64,000 nt of DNA from an uncultured Pelagibacteraceae bacterium (GCA_902591775.1 CACJBW010000004.1:6511-70510), one strand, 5' to 3'; positions 19,273 to 29,853 are shown, counted from the first letter of the stretch. Numbers and translations: made by a program. Notes: generated by a model from the letters alone, not told the origin.

Positions 19273-20430
19273 ATGAAAAAAATTAAAAAAAAAAAAGTTA
19301 ACAAGAAAAAAAAAATTAGCAAAATTACCTCAAAAATAAAAAAAAAAGTAAAGAAGAAGAGGAAAAATCTCAGGATTAAAAGAAAAAAAAATACAATTAA
19401 AAAGTTAGCTCTTAAAAAGAAGACTAAAAGTAATTTAATTACAAAGTCAGTAAGAGTAGAGGAAAATATAAAATCAAAATTAAATGTTAAAGTTAAATTT
19501 GACATTTTCGCAATTGATAGGGGTATCTCTAAATTCTTTAATTCTATTGATGGAAAAATTAATGAATTTAAATCTCAAAGAAAAGACGAAAAAAGAAGAT
19601 TAAAATTAATCGAAATTGAAAAAAATGAAAGAGAAAAAGAAAGAATAAAAAAAGAAAAGATATTACAAGAGGAAAAGCAATTAAAATTAAAAGAGCAACA
19701 ACTAAAAGATGAAGAAAGAATAGAAAAATTAAGAGCAAAAGACTTAAAATTATTTTTAAGAAAAGAACAAGCTCTTTTAAGAAAAGAACAATCAGAGAGA
19801 CAAAAGAAATTTTTACAAGAATTAAAAATTCAAAAACAGATTGAAAGATTTAGAATAAGAGAGGTAAAAGAATTAGAGAAACTTGAAAAAATTTCTTTAA
19901 GAGAAAAAAGAGAAGATTACGGGGAACTTCAACAAAGAATAGAGAACTTAAAAAATAAATATAGATTAATAAGAGATCAAAAAATTAGAGAAAGAGTTGA
20001 GGCACTTGGTGTTAAGACAGATGAAGCTGATGATAGATCTGCACTACTTCAAAAAGAAAGAGAATATAATTTAGCGAGACAAAAAATTGAGTTTGCTTTA
20101 GAAAGCTTTTATAGAAGTGCGAACAGCCTAGTTTTCCAATTAAACAAAAGATATATCACAAGACATATGTCTATTTTTAGATGTATAGATAAAAGATTTG
20201 AAACAGGAGAAATTTTTATCAAATGGGACGAGTCTACAGACGACGAGTGGTTAATTTTAATATATATAAAGGATAATTCACCCGATAAAGGAATAATTAT
20301 AGAAGATAAGACAAATGAGGAAAAAAATATGTCTCATGAGTTTAAAGCAAATGAAATATTTAAAGCCTCAGACTTGATGGTAGACTCTCTTACTCAGCTT
20401 ATTTCAAAAAAAAGGCAAAAACAACAGTAA
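19273..20430 (+). CDS. Hypothetical protein: Lys-rich N-terminus, long charged coiled coil, C-terminal globular domain
   Basis: 385-aa ORF filling the cfa-ramB gap; E/K/R heptad-like central region. Confidence 0.7.
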   Translation: MKKIKKKKVNKKKKISKITSKIKKKVKKKRKNLRIKRKKNTIKKLALKKKTKSNLITKSVRVEENIKSKLNVKVKFDIFAIDRGISKFFNSIDGKINEFKSQRKDEKRRLKLIEIEKNEREKERIKKEKILQEEKQLKLKEQQLKDEERIEKLRAKDLKLFLRKEQALLRKEQSERQKKFLQELKIQKQIERFRIREVKELEKLEKISLREKREDYGELQQRIENLKNKYRLIRDQKIRERVEALGVKTDEADDRSALLQKEREYNLARQKIEFALESFYRSANSLVFQLNKRYITRHMSIFRCIDKRFETGEIFIKWDESTDDEWLILIYIKDNSPDKGIIIEDKTNEEKNMSHEFKANEIFKASDLMVDSLTQLISKKRQKQQ

Positions 20431-20438
20431 GCTATATT

Positions 20439-21863
20439 TTACTCATTTACGTAAACCGAAACTCCTCTAGAATTAATATCTACATCAAATTTTTTATGAA
20501 GAGGAGGGAAAGCTCTTTGTGAACAATCAAGTCTGTCACATGTTCTACATGATACTCCAATAGCTAATTCAGATTTTTTGTCACTGAGATCTAAGTTTTC
20601 AGTATATACAAATTCTTTTGCATATTTTGCTTCACAACCAAGACCTATTGATAACATACTTTTTTTTTGTCCATACCTTCCAACGCCCTTTTCAACAGTT
20701 TTTGCAATACAAACATATTTCTCTCCATTAGTCATTTTACTAACTGCTGCTTGAATAACACCTGGTCTTGAAAAAGCTGAGTAGACATTCCATCTTGGAC
20801 AAGCTCCTCCATATCTTGGTATCTCTATACCTGATAATGAAAATCTTTTTGAAATATTTCCAGCAACATCTACTCTTAAAAAATGAAAAGGTATTCCAGG
20901 AAGTTTTGGATCTTGTAAACATGTTACTCTATGAGCCACCTGCTCAAAAGAGGTTGCAAATGTATTTTGTAAAAGTTCTAAATCATATTTTAATTCTTTA
21001 CATTCTTTATGAAAAAGAGCATAAGGCATCAATATTGCAGCGCCACAATAATTTAAAAGCGCAACCCTTGTTAATTTTTTAGATTCTTCAGTTGGAAAAT
21101 TAAATGTAGCAAGGTATTCATCAATTTCTTTTGATGCACCTTCTTGTGAAATTTGTGCAGCAGCAAAAAGTTTTTTTGTTTCAAGTGAAAGATAATCAGA
21201 CAATAGCAATTCTTTATCTTTTACTTTATATATCTTTGAGAATGGTTTTCCTTCTTTAGGTATAACATCTTTTACAGTTATACCATATTCATCTTTTAAA
21301 AACTGACATAAGGCAATATATCTTGTTCTATTATTTTGTTTTACTTTATCAAAAATTTGATTTGCAAATTCTTCTAATTTTGGAAAAAAATTTTTATTTT
21401 CTTGTAAAAAATCTGAAATTACTTCTCCAGGAAACGAGTTTTTTCTCCCATCAATAATTTTACCTGAAATATTTTCTAATTTGTTAAAAATTTCATGATC
21501 TTTTTGTTTAAAGTTATCTCCTAGTTTAATTAAAGCTTTAGCAATTTTTGGATTTGTATTAACTAAATCCTTAACTTCTGGTCCAAGAATATCAAGATCC
21601 TCAAAAAGTTCATCACCCAACAATTCAGAAATATTATTCTCAAGATTTATGTCTGTTTTGCTTGTAAGATCGGAAAGCTCTATTTTAAGTTTATCACAAA
21701 CCTTTAAAAGTAAGTCTCCATCAATTTTTCTTTTTCCACTCTCTATTAGATTTAAATAGCTTGGTGAAATAGACATTTCTTCTGCTAATTTGTTTGCCTG
21801 AATTCCTAATTGCCTTCTAAAAGCTTTGATTTTTGGACCAATTTTTGTATCAATTTGACTCAT
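20439..21863 (-). CDS. ramB: XRE-HTH short-chain fatty acyl-CoA regulator (ScfR/RamB/PrpR family)
   Basis: N-terminal ISPSYLNLIESGKR HTH, SFEQVAHR, RVDVAGNISKRFS, GACPRWN, CRTCDRLDCSQRAFP; divergent from aceA. Start set at ATG 21863 (MSQIDTKIGPKIK) rather than the TTG at 21902. Confidence 0.9.
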   Translation of the reverse strand: MSQIDTKIGPKIKAFRRQLGIQANKLAEEMSISPSYLNLIESGKRKIDGDLLLKVCDKLKIELSDLTSKTDINLENNISELLGDELFEDLDILGPEVKDLVNTNPKIAKALIKLGDNFKQKDHEIFNKLENISGKIIDGRKNSFPGEVISDFLQENKNFFPKLEEFANQIFDKVKQNNRTRYIALCQFLKDEYGITVKDVIPKEGKPFSKIYKVKDKELLLSDYLSLETKKLFAAAQISQEGASKEIDEYLATFNFPTEESKKLTRVALLNYCGAAILMPYALFHKECKELKYDLELLQNTFATSFEQVAHRVTCLQDPKLPGIPFHFLRVDVAGNISKRFSLSGIEIPRYGGACPRWNVYSAFSRPGVIQAAVSKMTNGEKYVCIAKTVEKGVGRYGQKKSMLSIGLGCEAKYAKEFVYTENLDLSDKKSELAIGVSCRTCDRLDCSQRAFPPLHKKFDVDINSRGVSVYVNE

Positions 21864-21871
21864 TTTACTAT

Positions 21872-21974
21872 TTGTAAATCTTGTAAATTTAAATTTACAC
21901 AAAATTATTCAATTTTACAAGCAAAATCAATTTAATTGTAGATTTTGTAAATATTGTAAATTATAAAGTTTACA
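21872..21974. promoter_or_regulatory. Array of TTGTAAA/TTTACA half-sites: candidate RamB operator(s) in the divergent ramB/aceA promoter
   Basis: TTGTAAA at 21872 and 21881; perfect palindrome TGTAAATTTAAATTTACA 21882-21899; TTTACAA 21914; TTGTA(G/A)A at 21936, 21945 and 21954 (9-bp period); TTTACA 21969. Confidence 0.65.
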
Positions 21975-22135
21975 TGGAAAAAAACAAAATTAACAATATA
22001 GAAAATAACTACCAAATTACTAATATAGAAGAGCATTCTGAGCATAAGTCAAAAGGTATTTACATTAGAGACGATCATTGCGATTGGGGATCTAGTGGAA
22101 TGAACGAATTTACTGAAGAATACAACTCAAAATAG
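21974..22135 (+). CDS. Small 53-aa ORF upstream of aceA (MEKNKINNIENNYQITNIEEHSEHKSKGIYIRDDHCDWGSSGMNEFTEEYNSK)
   Basis: Translated by hand; ATG 21974 to TAG 22133-22135; below the ORF-track cutoff; fills most of an otherwise unusually long spacer. Confidence 0.6.
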   Translation: MEKNKINNIENNYQITNIEEHSEHKSKGIYIRDDHCDWGSSGMNEFTEEYNSK

Positions 22136-22158
22136 TCATTAGTCATTTCTAGTCATTT
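22133..22158 (+). repeat. Triple direct repeat TAGTCATT between the small ORF stop and the aceA SD
   Basis: Copies at 22133, 22140 and 22150; SD GAGAGGGG at 22167-22174. Confidence 0.8.
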
Positions 22159-22179
22159 AATCAAAAGAGAGGGGTTTAG

Positions 22180-23454
22180 GTGTCAGCTGAGAATATTTCA
22201 TACGATTTACAAAGATTTGCAGGTATTAAAAGAGATTATACTCCTGAAGAAGTTGAAAGATTAAGAGGTTCAATCAAAATTGAGTATTCTATGTGTAAAA
22301 TGCAGTCCCAAAAGCTTTGGAAACTGCTTAATACAGAAGCTTATGTAAACACCCTGGGGTCACTTTCAGGAAATCATGCAGTTCAACATGCAAAAGCCGG
22401 TTTAAAAGCAATTTATTTAAGTGGTTGGCAAGTTGCAGCTGATGCTAACAGCGCTGGTGAAATGTATCCTGATCAATCTTTATATCCATATGATAGTGCA
22501 CCAAAATTAGTTGAGACAATGAATAATTCCTTAATTAGAGCTGATCAAATTCAACATATGGAAATGATAGATGGTGATATGGATAAAAGTAAGAGAACTG
22601 ATTACATGTTGCCAATTATAGCTGATGGTGAAGCAGGATTTGGTGGACCACTAAATGTATTTGAATTAACGAAAAAATTTATTAGAGCGGGTGCTGCCGG
22701 GGTTCACTTTGAAGACCAATTAGCTAGTGAGAAAAAATGTGGTCATATGGGTGGAAAAGTTCTTGTACCAACTGGAACAATGGTTAGAAATTTAAAGGCC
22801 GCTAGACTTGCTGCCGATATCGCAGATGTACCGTTAATAATTTTAGCAAGAACAGATGCAAATGCTGCAAAATTAATCACAAATGATTTTGATGATAATG
22901 ATAAACCATTTTTAACTGGCGAAAGATCACCTGAAGGTTTTTTTTATGTTAAAGACGGAATTGAGCAGGCAATTTCTAGAGGTCTTGCTTATGCACCATA
23001 CGCAGATTTAATTTGGTGTGAAACTGCTACTCCAAATTTAGAAGAGGCAAAAAAATTTGCTGATGCCATACATGAAAAATTTCCTGGTAAAATGTTAGCT
23101 TATAATTGTTCTCCATCATTTAATTGGAAGAAACATTTATCTGATGAAGAAATTGGATCATTTCAAAGAAAGATTGGAGAAATGGGATATAAATTTCAAT
23201 TCATTACATTAGCAGGTTTCCACACTCAAAACATTGCAATATTTGAATTAGCAGAAAAATATAAATCAGAGGGTATGACCGCTTACTCAAAAATTCAACA
23301 GCATGAATTTGCTAGAGAAAAAGATGGATATACAAGCGTGAAACATCAAAGAGAAGTTGGCACATCATATTTTGATGCTGTTTCAAATACAATAAGCTCA
23401 GGCAAAAGCTCAACTACAGCAATGGAAGGCTCAACTGAGTCAGAACAGTTTTAG
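22180..23454 (+). CDS. aceA: Isocitrate lyase
   Basis: [49 protein letters not shown]; GTG start with a strong SD. Confidence 0.97.
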   Translation: MSAENISYDLQRFAGIKRDYTPEEVERLRGSIKIEYSMCKMQSQKLWKLLNTEAYVNTLGSLSGNHAVQHAKAGLKAIYLSGWQVAADANSAGEMYPDQSLYPYDSAPKLVETMNNSLIRADQIQHMEMIDGDMDKSKRTDYMLPIIADGEAGFGGPLNVFELTKKFIRAGAAGVHFEDQLASEKKCGHMGGKVLVPTGTMVRNLKAARLAADIADVPLIILARTDANAAKLITNDFDDNDKPFLTGERSPEGFFYVKDGIEQAISRGLAYAPYADLIWCETATPNLEEAKKFADAIHEKFPGKMLAYNCSPSFNWKKHLSDEEIGSFQRKIGEMGYKFQFITLAGFHTQNIAIFELAEKYKSEGMTAYSKIQQHEFAREKDGYTSVKHQREVGTSYFDAVSNTISSGKSSTTAMEGSTESEQF

Positions 23455-23465
23455 ATGTTAGATTA

Positions 23466-23756
23466 ATGTTTACTAGTGGTCTTCTTTTAATAGTAAGCTA
23501 TCTTTTATTTAAATATACAGTTCAATGGATTCAATATTATAATCAAACTGATCCTAGGATGCCCGACTCAATATGGCGTTATACTTGTGATTATAAAGTT
23601 GTTGGCATAAGAGATATTTGTGACCTGGATGATAAGCCATTTGTAAGACAAAGAAGGAAAAGAGATAAAATTGTTACAATAATGTATTTTATTGTGGTCC
23701 TTGCTTTTGTATTTTCTATGTATTTTATGGCGAGTTTATTAGGACTAATTCTTTAA
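23466..23756 (+). CDS. Small two-TM hypothetical membrane protein
   Basis: Hydrophobic termini and a charged loop; 11 bp after the aceA stop. Confidence 0.65.
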   Translation: MFTSGLLLIVSYLLFKYTVQWIQYYNQTDPRMPDSIWRYTCDYKVVGIRDICDLDDKPFVRQRRKRDKIVTIMYFIVVLAFVFSMYFMASLLGLIL

Positions 23757-24467
23757 TTTTTGAATCTGATCCCATGCTGAATTAACAGCTCTCATTTTAG
23801 CTTTGCTCTCATCTATTACTTCTTGAGGAACACCTTTACTTAATAAAAGATCAGGATGATGCTCTTTGCTAAGTTGAATATAACGTTTTCTTATTTCTTC
23901 GAGTGAGTCGTCAGGCTTGCTCTCTAAAACAATATAAGGATTAAGTTTGTCTGAAGACTTTCTGCTTTCTTTAATTCCGTTAATTTGAGCTTGATTTAAT
24001 CCAAAAATTCTTGCTATATCCTCTATCATTATTAATTCATTGTCACTTATGCTTCCATCAGCTTCAGCAATATAAAAAAGAGTGTTAATTACTTCTTCTA
24101 ATACATTAATATTTCCTCTATAAACTTCTGCAATTTGTTTTGCATATGGTTCATACCCGGTACTTTCCTCTTTAGCTTTATTGAAAATTTTACCAACCTG
24201 ATCTAATTCACTTTCAGGTATTTTTAATTTATCTTTAACTGCAATTAATTCTTCACGACTAACCTGTCCATCTGCTTTACTTAGCTTTGCTGATAAAACT
24301 ATCAAAGAGAGTGCAAATATTTGTTGTGGCTGTGCAAAAGATCTAAATCCACCACTTGATCTGGCTCTTGACATTTTTCCACCGATTAAGGATCCTAAAA
24401 GCATACCAAAAGGCCCACCAATTGAAAAACCTAGCATTCCACCAATTATACTTCCCCATATTGCCAT
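23745..24467 (-). CDS. djlA: DjlA-like co-chaperone (TerB domain plus J domain)
   Basis: Gly-rich N-terminal TM (GGPFGMLLG), AKLSKADG.VS..E, IAEADG, KEHHPD. Confidence 0.88.
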   Translation of the reverse strand: MAIWGSIIGGMLGFSIGGPFGMLLGSLIGGKMSRARSSGGFRSFAQPQQIFALSLIVLSAKLSKADGQVSREELIAVKDKLKIPESELDQVGKIFNKAKEESTGYEPYAKQIAEVYRGNINVLEEVINTLFYIAEADGSISDNELIMIEDIARIFGLNQAQINGIKESRKSSDKLNPYIVLESKPDDSLEEIRKRYIQLSKEHHPDLLLSKGVPQEVIDESKAKMRAVNSAWDQIQKLKN

Positions 24468-25153
24468 TACTCAAAACTCCTTAATCTATATTCCCAACTA
24501 CCCATTTTATTATAAGTTACTTTTAATATTAAATTATTTTCTGGATTATACCAAACATCAAATTCAAATTTTTTTTCATCAGGAAGACTTTCATCATTTG
24601 ATTTAATATTAAAGTGTTTAGTTAAATATTCTTTACCATTAATATCAATATTTTTATCTCCTATTAAACTCACGGTCTGTTTTTTTATACTCCCAGATAA
24701 AGGACTGATTTGTTTATTAGTTTTTAAAATTTTATGGTTCCACCAATTCCCAATTGTACAATCTAAACTTGCTTCACCTTTGTATGATGATCCGTCTATA
24801 ACGAATTTATTTATAGATTTATCATAATTTAAATTTACATATTTCTCCTTATCATTTTGAAAAGTATTAGATTTAAAAAAAACTAATTTATCATCTTTGT
24901 ACTTTTCTATTGTCTCACTTAATATCGAAAAAACTGTTATGCCGAATAACTCTACTTTAAAATTAGTATAATTTTTTACTACAAATAAATCTTTCTCGAA
25001 TTCAAAGAAGTAGTTGGTGCTACCAATAACTTCATTATTTCTTAGAACATCCATCTCAATTTTTTTAAGACCTTCATAATGACTGCTATGTGCCATCACT
25101 TTAGAAGCAAACATAATAATTATTGATACGATAATAAAATGTTTCATTTTCAT
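24467..25153 (-). CDS. Exported hypothetical protein (DUF6134-like)
   Basis: Signal peptide; beta-rich; VLRNNEVIG, NWWN, DVWY pattern. Confidence 0.6.
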   Translation of the reverse strand: MKMKHFIIVSIIIMFASKVMAHSSHYEGLKKIEMDVLRNNEVIGSTNYFFEFEKDLFVVKNYTNFKVELFGITVFSILSETIEKYKDDKLVFFKSNTFQNDKEKYVNLNYDKSINKFVIDGSSYKGEASLDCTIGNWWNHKILKTNKQISPLSGSIKKQTVSLIGDKNIDINGKEYLTKHFNIKSNDESLPDEKKFEFDVWYNPENNLILKVTYNKMGSWEYRLRSFE

Positions 25154-25192
25154 AGATTTTAGTTAAAGAAAGTATAAATAATAGCGAAATAT

Positions 25193-25840
25193 ATGTTCCT
25201 TACTATCAAAAATATTCCTAAAGTCTCATGGAGTTCTCACGAGACTTTTAATTTAAAGCCAAAATTATCTACCTTATTTTTCCTTTGTTTTGGTCTAATA
25301 TTATTCGGTTTTGGCGAAGCCTTAGTCGTTATTTCATTTATTGGCAATTCTCCATGGACTGTAATGGCACAAGGAATTTCAATTAATTCAGGATTATCCA
25401 TTGGAATTGTAACTTTTATAGTAAGTGTTGTAGTTTTATCTTCATGGTTTTTTTTAAAGCAAAAACCTGGTCTAGGTACAATATTCAATATCGTAATTAT
25501 TGCAGCAATGTTAGATATTACAATTGCATTAATACCAACCCCTGAAACTTACATTATGAAGTTATTAATGGCTGCAGGAGGCGTTATGATAGTTGGAGTG
25601 GGGAGTGGTATTTATTTAATAGCTAATCTAGGTCCAGGGCCTAGGGATGGTTTAATGACTGGTTTACAAAAAAAAACTAATCTACCGATTGCTTCTGTGA
25701 GAGCCTTTATAGAAATTTCTGTAGCTACAGTCGGGTGGTACTTGGGTGGAACAATTGGTGTTGGAACTTTGATGTTTGCTTTTGGAATTGGTCCTTGTAT
25801 TGCTTTTAGTTTATACATTATTGATAAAATAATGAACTAA
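25193..25840 (+). CDS. YczE/YitT family membrane protein
   Basis: GNSPWTV..QG, PGLGT, ANLGPGPRDGLM, LGGTIGVGT. Confidence 0.87.
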   Translation: MFLTIKNIPKVSWSSHETFNLKPKLSTLFFLCFGLILFGFGEALVVISFIGNSPWTVMAQGISINSGLSIGIVTFIVSVVVLSSWFFLKQKPGLGTIFNIVIIAAMLDITIALIPTPETYIMKLLMAAGGVMIVGVGSGIYLIANLGPGPRDGLMTGLQKKTNLPIASVRAFIEISVATVGWYLGGTIGVGTLMFAFGIGPCIAFSLYIIDKIMN

Positions 25841-27663
25841 GTAGCAGTATTTTGTTTTTCGCTTCTTTTTCTTTCGTTTGGGTCCAGAATCGCTTTTCTG
25901 AGTCTACAAGATTTAGGTGTAATTTCTAACGCTTCATCAGTATTAAGTATACTTAACTGTTCTGCAATCGACATTTGTCTTACAGGTGTAAGAACAATAT
26001 TTTCATCAGTACCTTGTGTTCTCATATTTGTAAGTTTTTTTCCTTTCATAACATTAATTATCATATCACCTGGTTTAGGAGCTAAGCCAACGATCATTCC
26101 TGTATAAACCGGATCATTGTGAGTGACAAACATTTCTCCTCTAGCCTGTAAATTAAAAATTGAAAATGCAACAGCTTTACCCTGATCCATAGAAATTAAA
26201 GCACCATTTCTTCTACCCTCCATGTCTCCCTCAAAATCTCCGTAAGATTGAAAAATTCTGTTAATAACACCTGTTCCTTTTGTTAAAGTTAAAAATCTAC
26301 TTGTGTATCCCATTAAACCTCTTGTTGGCGCATGAAAAATTAGTCTTTTTTTATTCTTTCCAGTATCTTTTAATTCAATTAATTTACCCTTTCTTCTATT
26401 CATAGAGTCAATAATCCTTGATGAGTATTCTTCATCTAAATCCATAGTAATTTCTTCAATGGGTTCTAACTTTTTTGAATTTTCGTCAGTTTTAAATAAA
26501 ACTTTAGGAGGGCTTACAGTCATCTCAAAACCCTCACGTCTCATTTGTGTTAGCAATATTTCGAGCATTAATTCTCCTCTTCCACTTATCTCAAATGCAT
26601 CTTTATTTGCGTTTTCTGAGAAAGAAATTCCAACATTGTTTTGAGCTTCTAAAATTAGACGATCTCTAATCTGGGTACTTGTTAATTTTTTACCCTCAGT
26701 TCCTGCTAATGGTGAGCTATTTACTGTTATTTTTATCGACATTGTTGGTGGATCGATCGGTGTTGCCTCAATTGGTTCATTTACCTCTAAATCACAAATA
26801 GTATCAGCTACATTTGCTTTTTCTAATCCAGCTATAACTACGATATCTCCAGCTTCTCCAACTTCAATGGGCACTTTTTTTGTACCCTCATATCTAAAGA
26901 TCTTTGTAAGTCTACCTTCATCTACTTTTTCACCTTTTAAATTTATTGCTTTAATTTGTTGATTTGCTTTTGCCGTCCCTTGTGAAATTCTTCCTACTAA
27001 GCTTCTGCCCAAAAAGTTATCAGCATAAAGAAGCGTCGATAGCATCGCAAATGGTTTTGATCTATCAAATTGAGAGGGTTTTACATGATCCAAAACTAAA
27101 TCTAATAGCGGATTAAGATTTTCTCTTGGTCCGTCAATATCTTTAGATGCCCAACCAGACCTTCCACTTGCGTATAATACTGGAAAATCTAATTGCTCTT
27201 CATTAGCATCCAAACTAACAAATAAATCAAAAGTCTCATTTAAAACTTCATTAGCTCTTTGATCACTTTTGTCTAATTTATTTATTACTACAATTGGTTT
27301 TAATCCCTGTTTTAATGCTTTGCTTAATACAAATTTTGTTTGAGGCATGACGCCTTCGGCAGAGTCTACTAACAACAATGCACCATCTGCTAAACTTAAA
27401 ACTCTTTCAACCTCTGCTGCAAAATCTCTATGACCAGGAGTATCAATAATATTTATTCTAGTATCTTTCCAATTAATCGAAGTAGGCTTAGCAAGAATTG
27501 TAATTCCCCTCTCTTTTTCCAGCTCTCCAGAATCCATTAATCTTTCATCAACTACTTCGTTGTCTCTAAAAGAACCACTTTGTTTCATCAAATTATCAAT
27601 CAGCGTTGTTTTTCCATGATCAACGTGAGCAATGATAGTGATGTTTCGAATATTATTACTCAT
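25837..27663 (-). CDS. typA: Translational GTPase TypA/BipA
   Basis: AHVDHGKTT, ERGITILAK, DTPGH, GRGELML, KKLTNMR. Confidence 0.97.
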   Translation of the reverse strand: MSNNIRNITIIAHVDHGKTTLIDNLMKQSGSFRDNEVVDERLMDSGELEKERGITILAKPTSINWKDTRINIIDTPGHRDFAAEVERVLSLADGALLLVDSAEGVMPQTKFVLSKALKQGLKPIVVINKLDKSDQRANEVLNETFDLFVSLDANEEQLDFPVLYASGRSGWASKDIDGPRENLNPLLDLVLDHVKPSQFDRSKPFAMLSTLLYADNFLGRSLVGRISQGTAKANQQIKAINLKGEKVDEGRLTKIFRYEGTKKVPIEVGEAGDIVVIAGLEKANVADTICDLEVNEPIEATPIDPPTMSIKITVNSSPLAGTEGKKLTSTQIRDRLILEAQNNVGISFSENANKDAFEISGRGELMLEILLTQMRREGFEMTVSPPKVLFKTDENSKKLEPIEEITMDLDEEYSSRIIDSMNRRKGKLIELKDTGKNKKRLIFHAPTRGLMGYTSRFLTLTKGTGVINRIFQSYGDFEGDMEGRRNGALISMDQGKAVAFSIFNLQARGEMFVTHNDPVYTGMIVGLAPKPGDMIINVMKGKKLTNMRTQGTDENIVLTPVRQMSIAEQLSILNTDEALEITPKSCRLRKAILDPNERKRSEKQNTAT

Positions 27664-27702
27664 GGTTGAGGTTCTTATACATTTATACTTTTAATTGAAA
27701 AC

Positions 27703-27735
27703 AAAAAAAAAAGGGCAGAATAATCTGCCCTTTTT
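27703..27735 (-). terminator. Intrinsic terminator of groESL
   Basis: AAAAAGGGCAGA-ataa-TCTGCCCTTTTT with a long U tract on the minus strand. Confidence 0.9.
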
Positions 27736-27760
27736 AAATTTTTTAGTTAAATCTTTTGGG

Positions 27761-29434
<1,674 letters not shown>

Positions 29435-29439
29435 TTATT

Positions 29440-29733
29440 TTATTTAGATGTAGAGATACCCATAATATCAGACTCTTTCATTATGCTGTATTCTTTACCA
29501 TCAATTTTAACTTCTGTTCCTGACCATTTTCCAAAAAGAACTTTGTCGCCAACTTTAACATCCATTGGTATAATTTTTCCATCCTCAGTTTTTGATCCAC
29601 CACCTACAGCAACTACTTTGCCCTCTTGTGGTTTTTCTTGTGCAGAATCAGGGATGATAATTCCACCAGCAGTTTTTTCACTACTGTCTAAAACTTCGAT
29701 TAATACTCTATCGTGTAACGGTTTAAACTTCAT
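29440..29733 (-). CDS. groES: Co-chaperonin GroES
   Basis: [30 protein letters not shown]. Confidence 0.99.
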   Translation of the reverse strand: MKFKPLHDRVLIEVLDSSEKTAGGIIIPDSAQEKPQEGKVVAVGGGSKTEDGKIIPMDVKVGDKVLFGKWSGTEVKIDGKEYSIMKESDIMGISTSK

Positions 29734-29757
29734 ATATACTCCTTTAAATTAGAGTTC

Positions 29758-29786
29758 ATATAGATGCATGTGACTATTATTTCAAG
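29758..29786 (-). promoter_or_regulatory. RpoH (sigma32)-type promoter of groESL
   Basis: CTTGAA-N16-TCTATAT on the minus strand, matching the alphaproteobacterial RpoH consensus. Confidence 0.75.
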
Positions 29787-29853
29787 ATCTGCAATGAAAT
29801 ATATAGGTGAGAAAATTCAAGAATTTATTAGATTTTTAAGCTATATCTGAAAT

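Noticed and set aside
19239-19505. Phe/Leu-rich minus-strand ORF that looks like a membrane protein
   Set aside because: Reverse complement of the poly-Lys (AAA) region of the 19273 ORF
21864-21902. N-terminal extension of ramB from TTG 21902
   Set aside because: It runs through the TGTAAA repeat array. The ATG at 21863 gives a normal HTH N-terminus.
21872-22158. CRISPR array or MITE from the short repeats
   Set aside because: Repeats are 7-8 bp, without unique spacers, cas genes or terminal inverted repeats.
21974-22179. Glycine or other riboswitch upstream of aceA
   Set aside because: No glycine-aptamer core (GGAGA...CCGAAG...CTCTCAGG) or other recognisable aptamer. The region is better explained as a small ORF.
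29734-29853. Canonical CIRCE operator at groESL
   Set aside because: No TTAGCACTC-N9-GAGTGCTAA. Only a degenerate core exists, reported separately with low interest.
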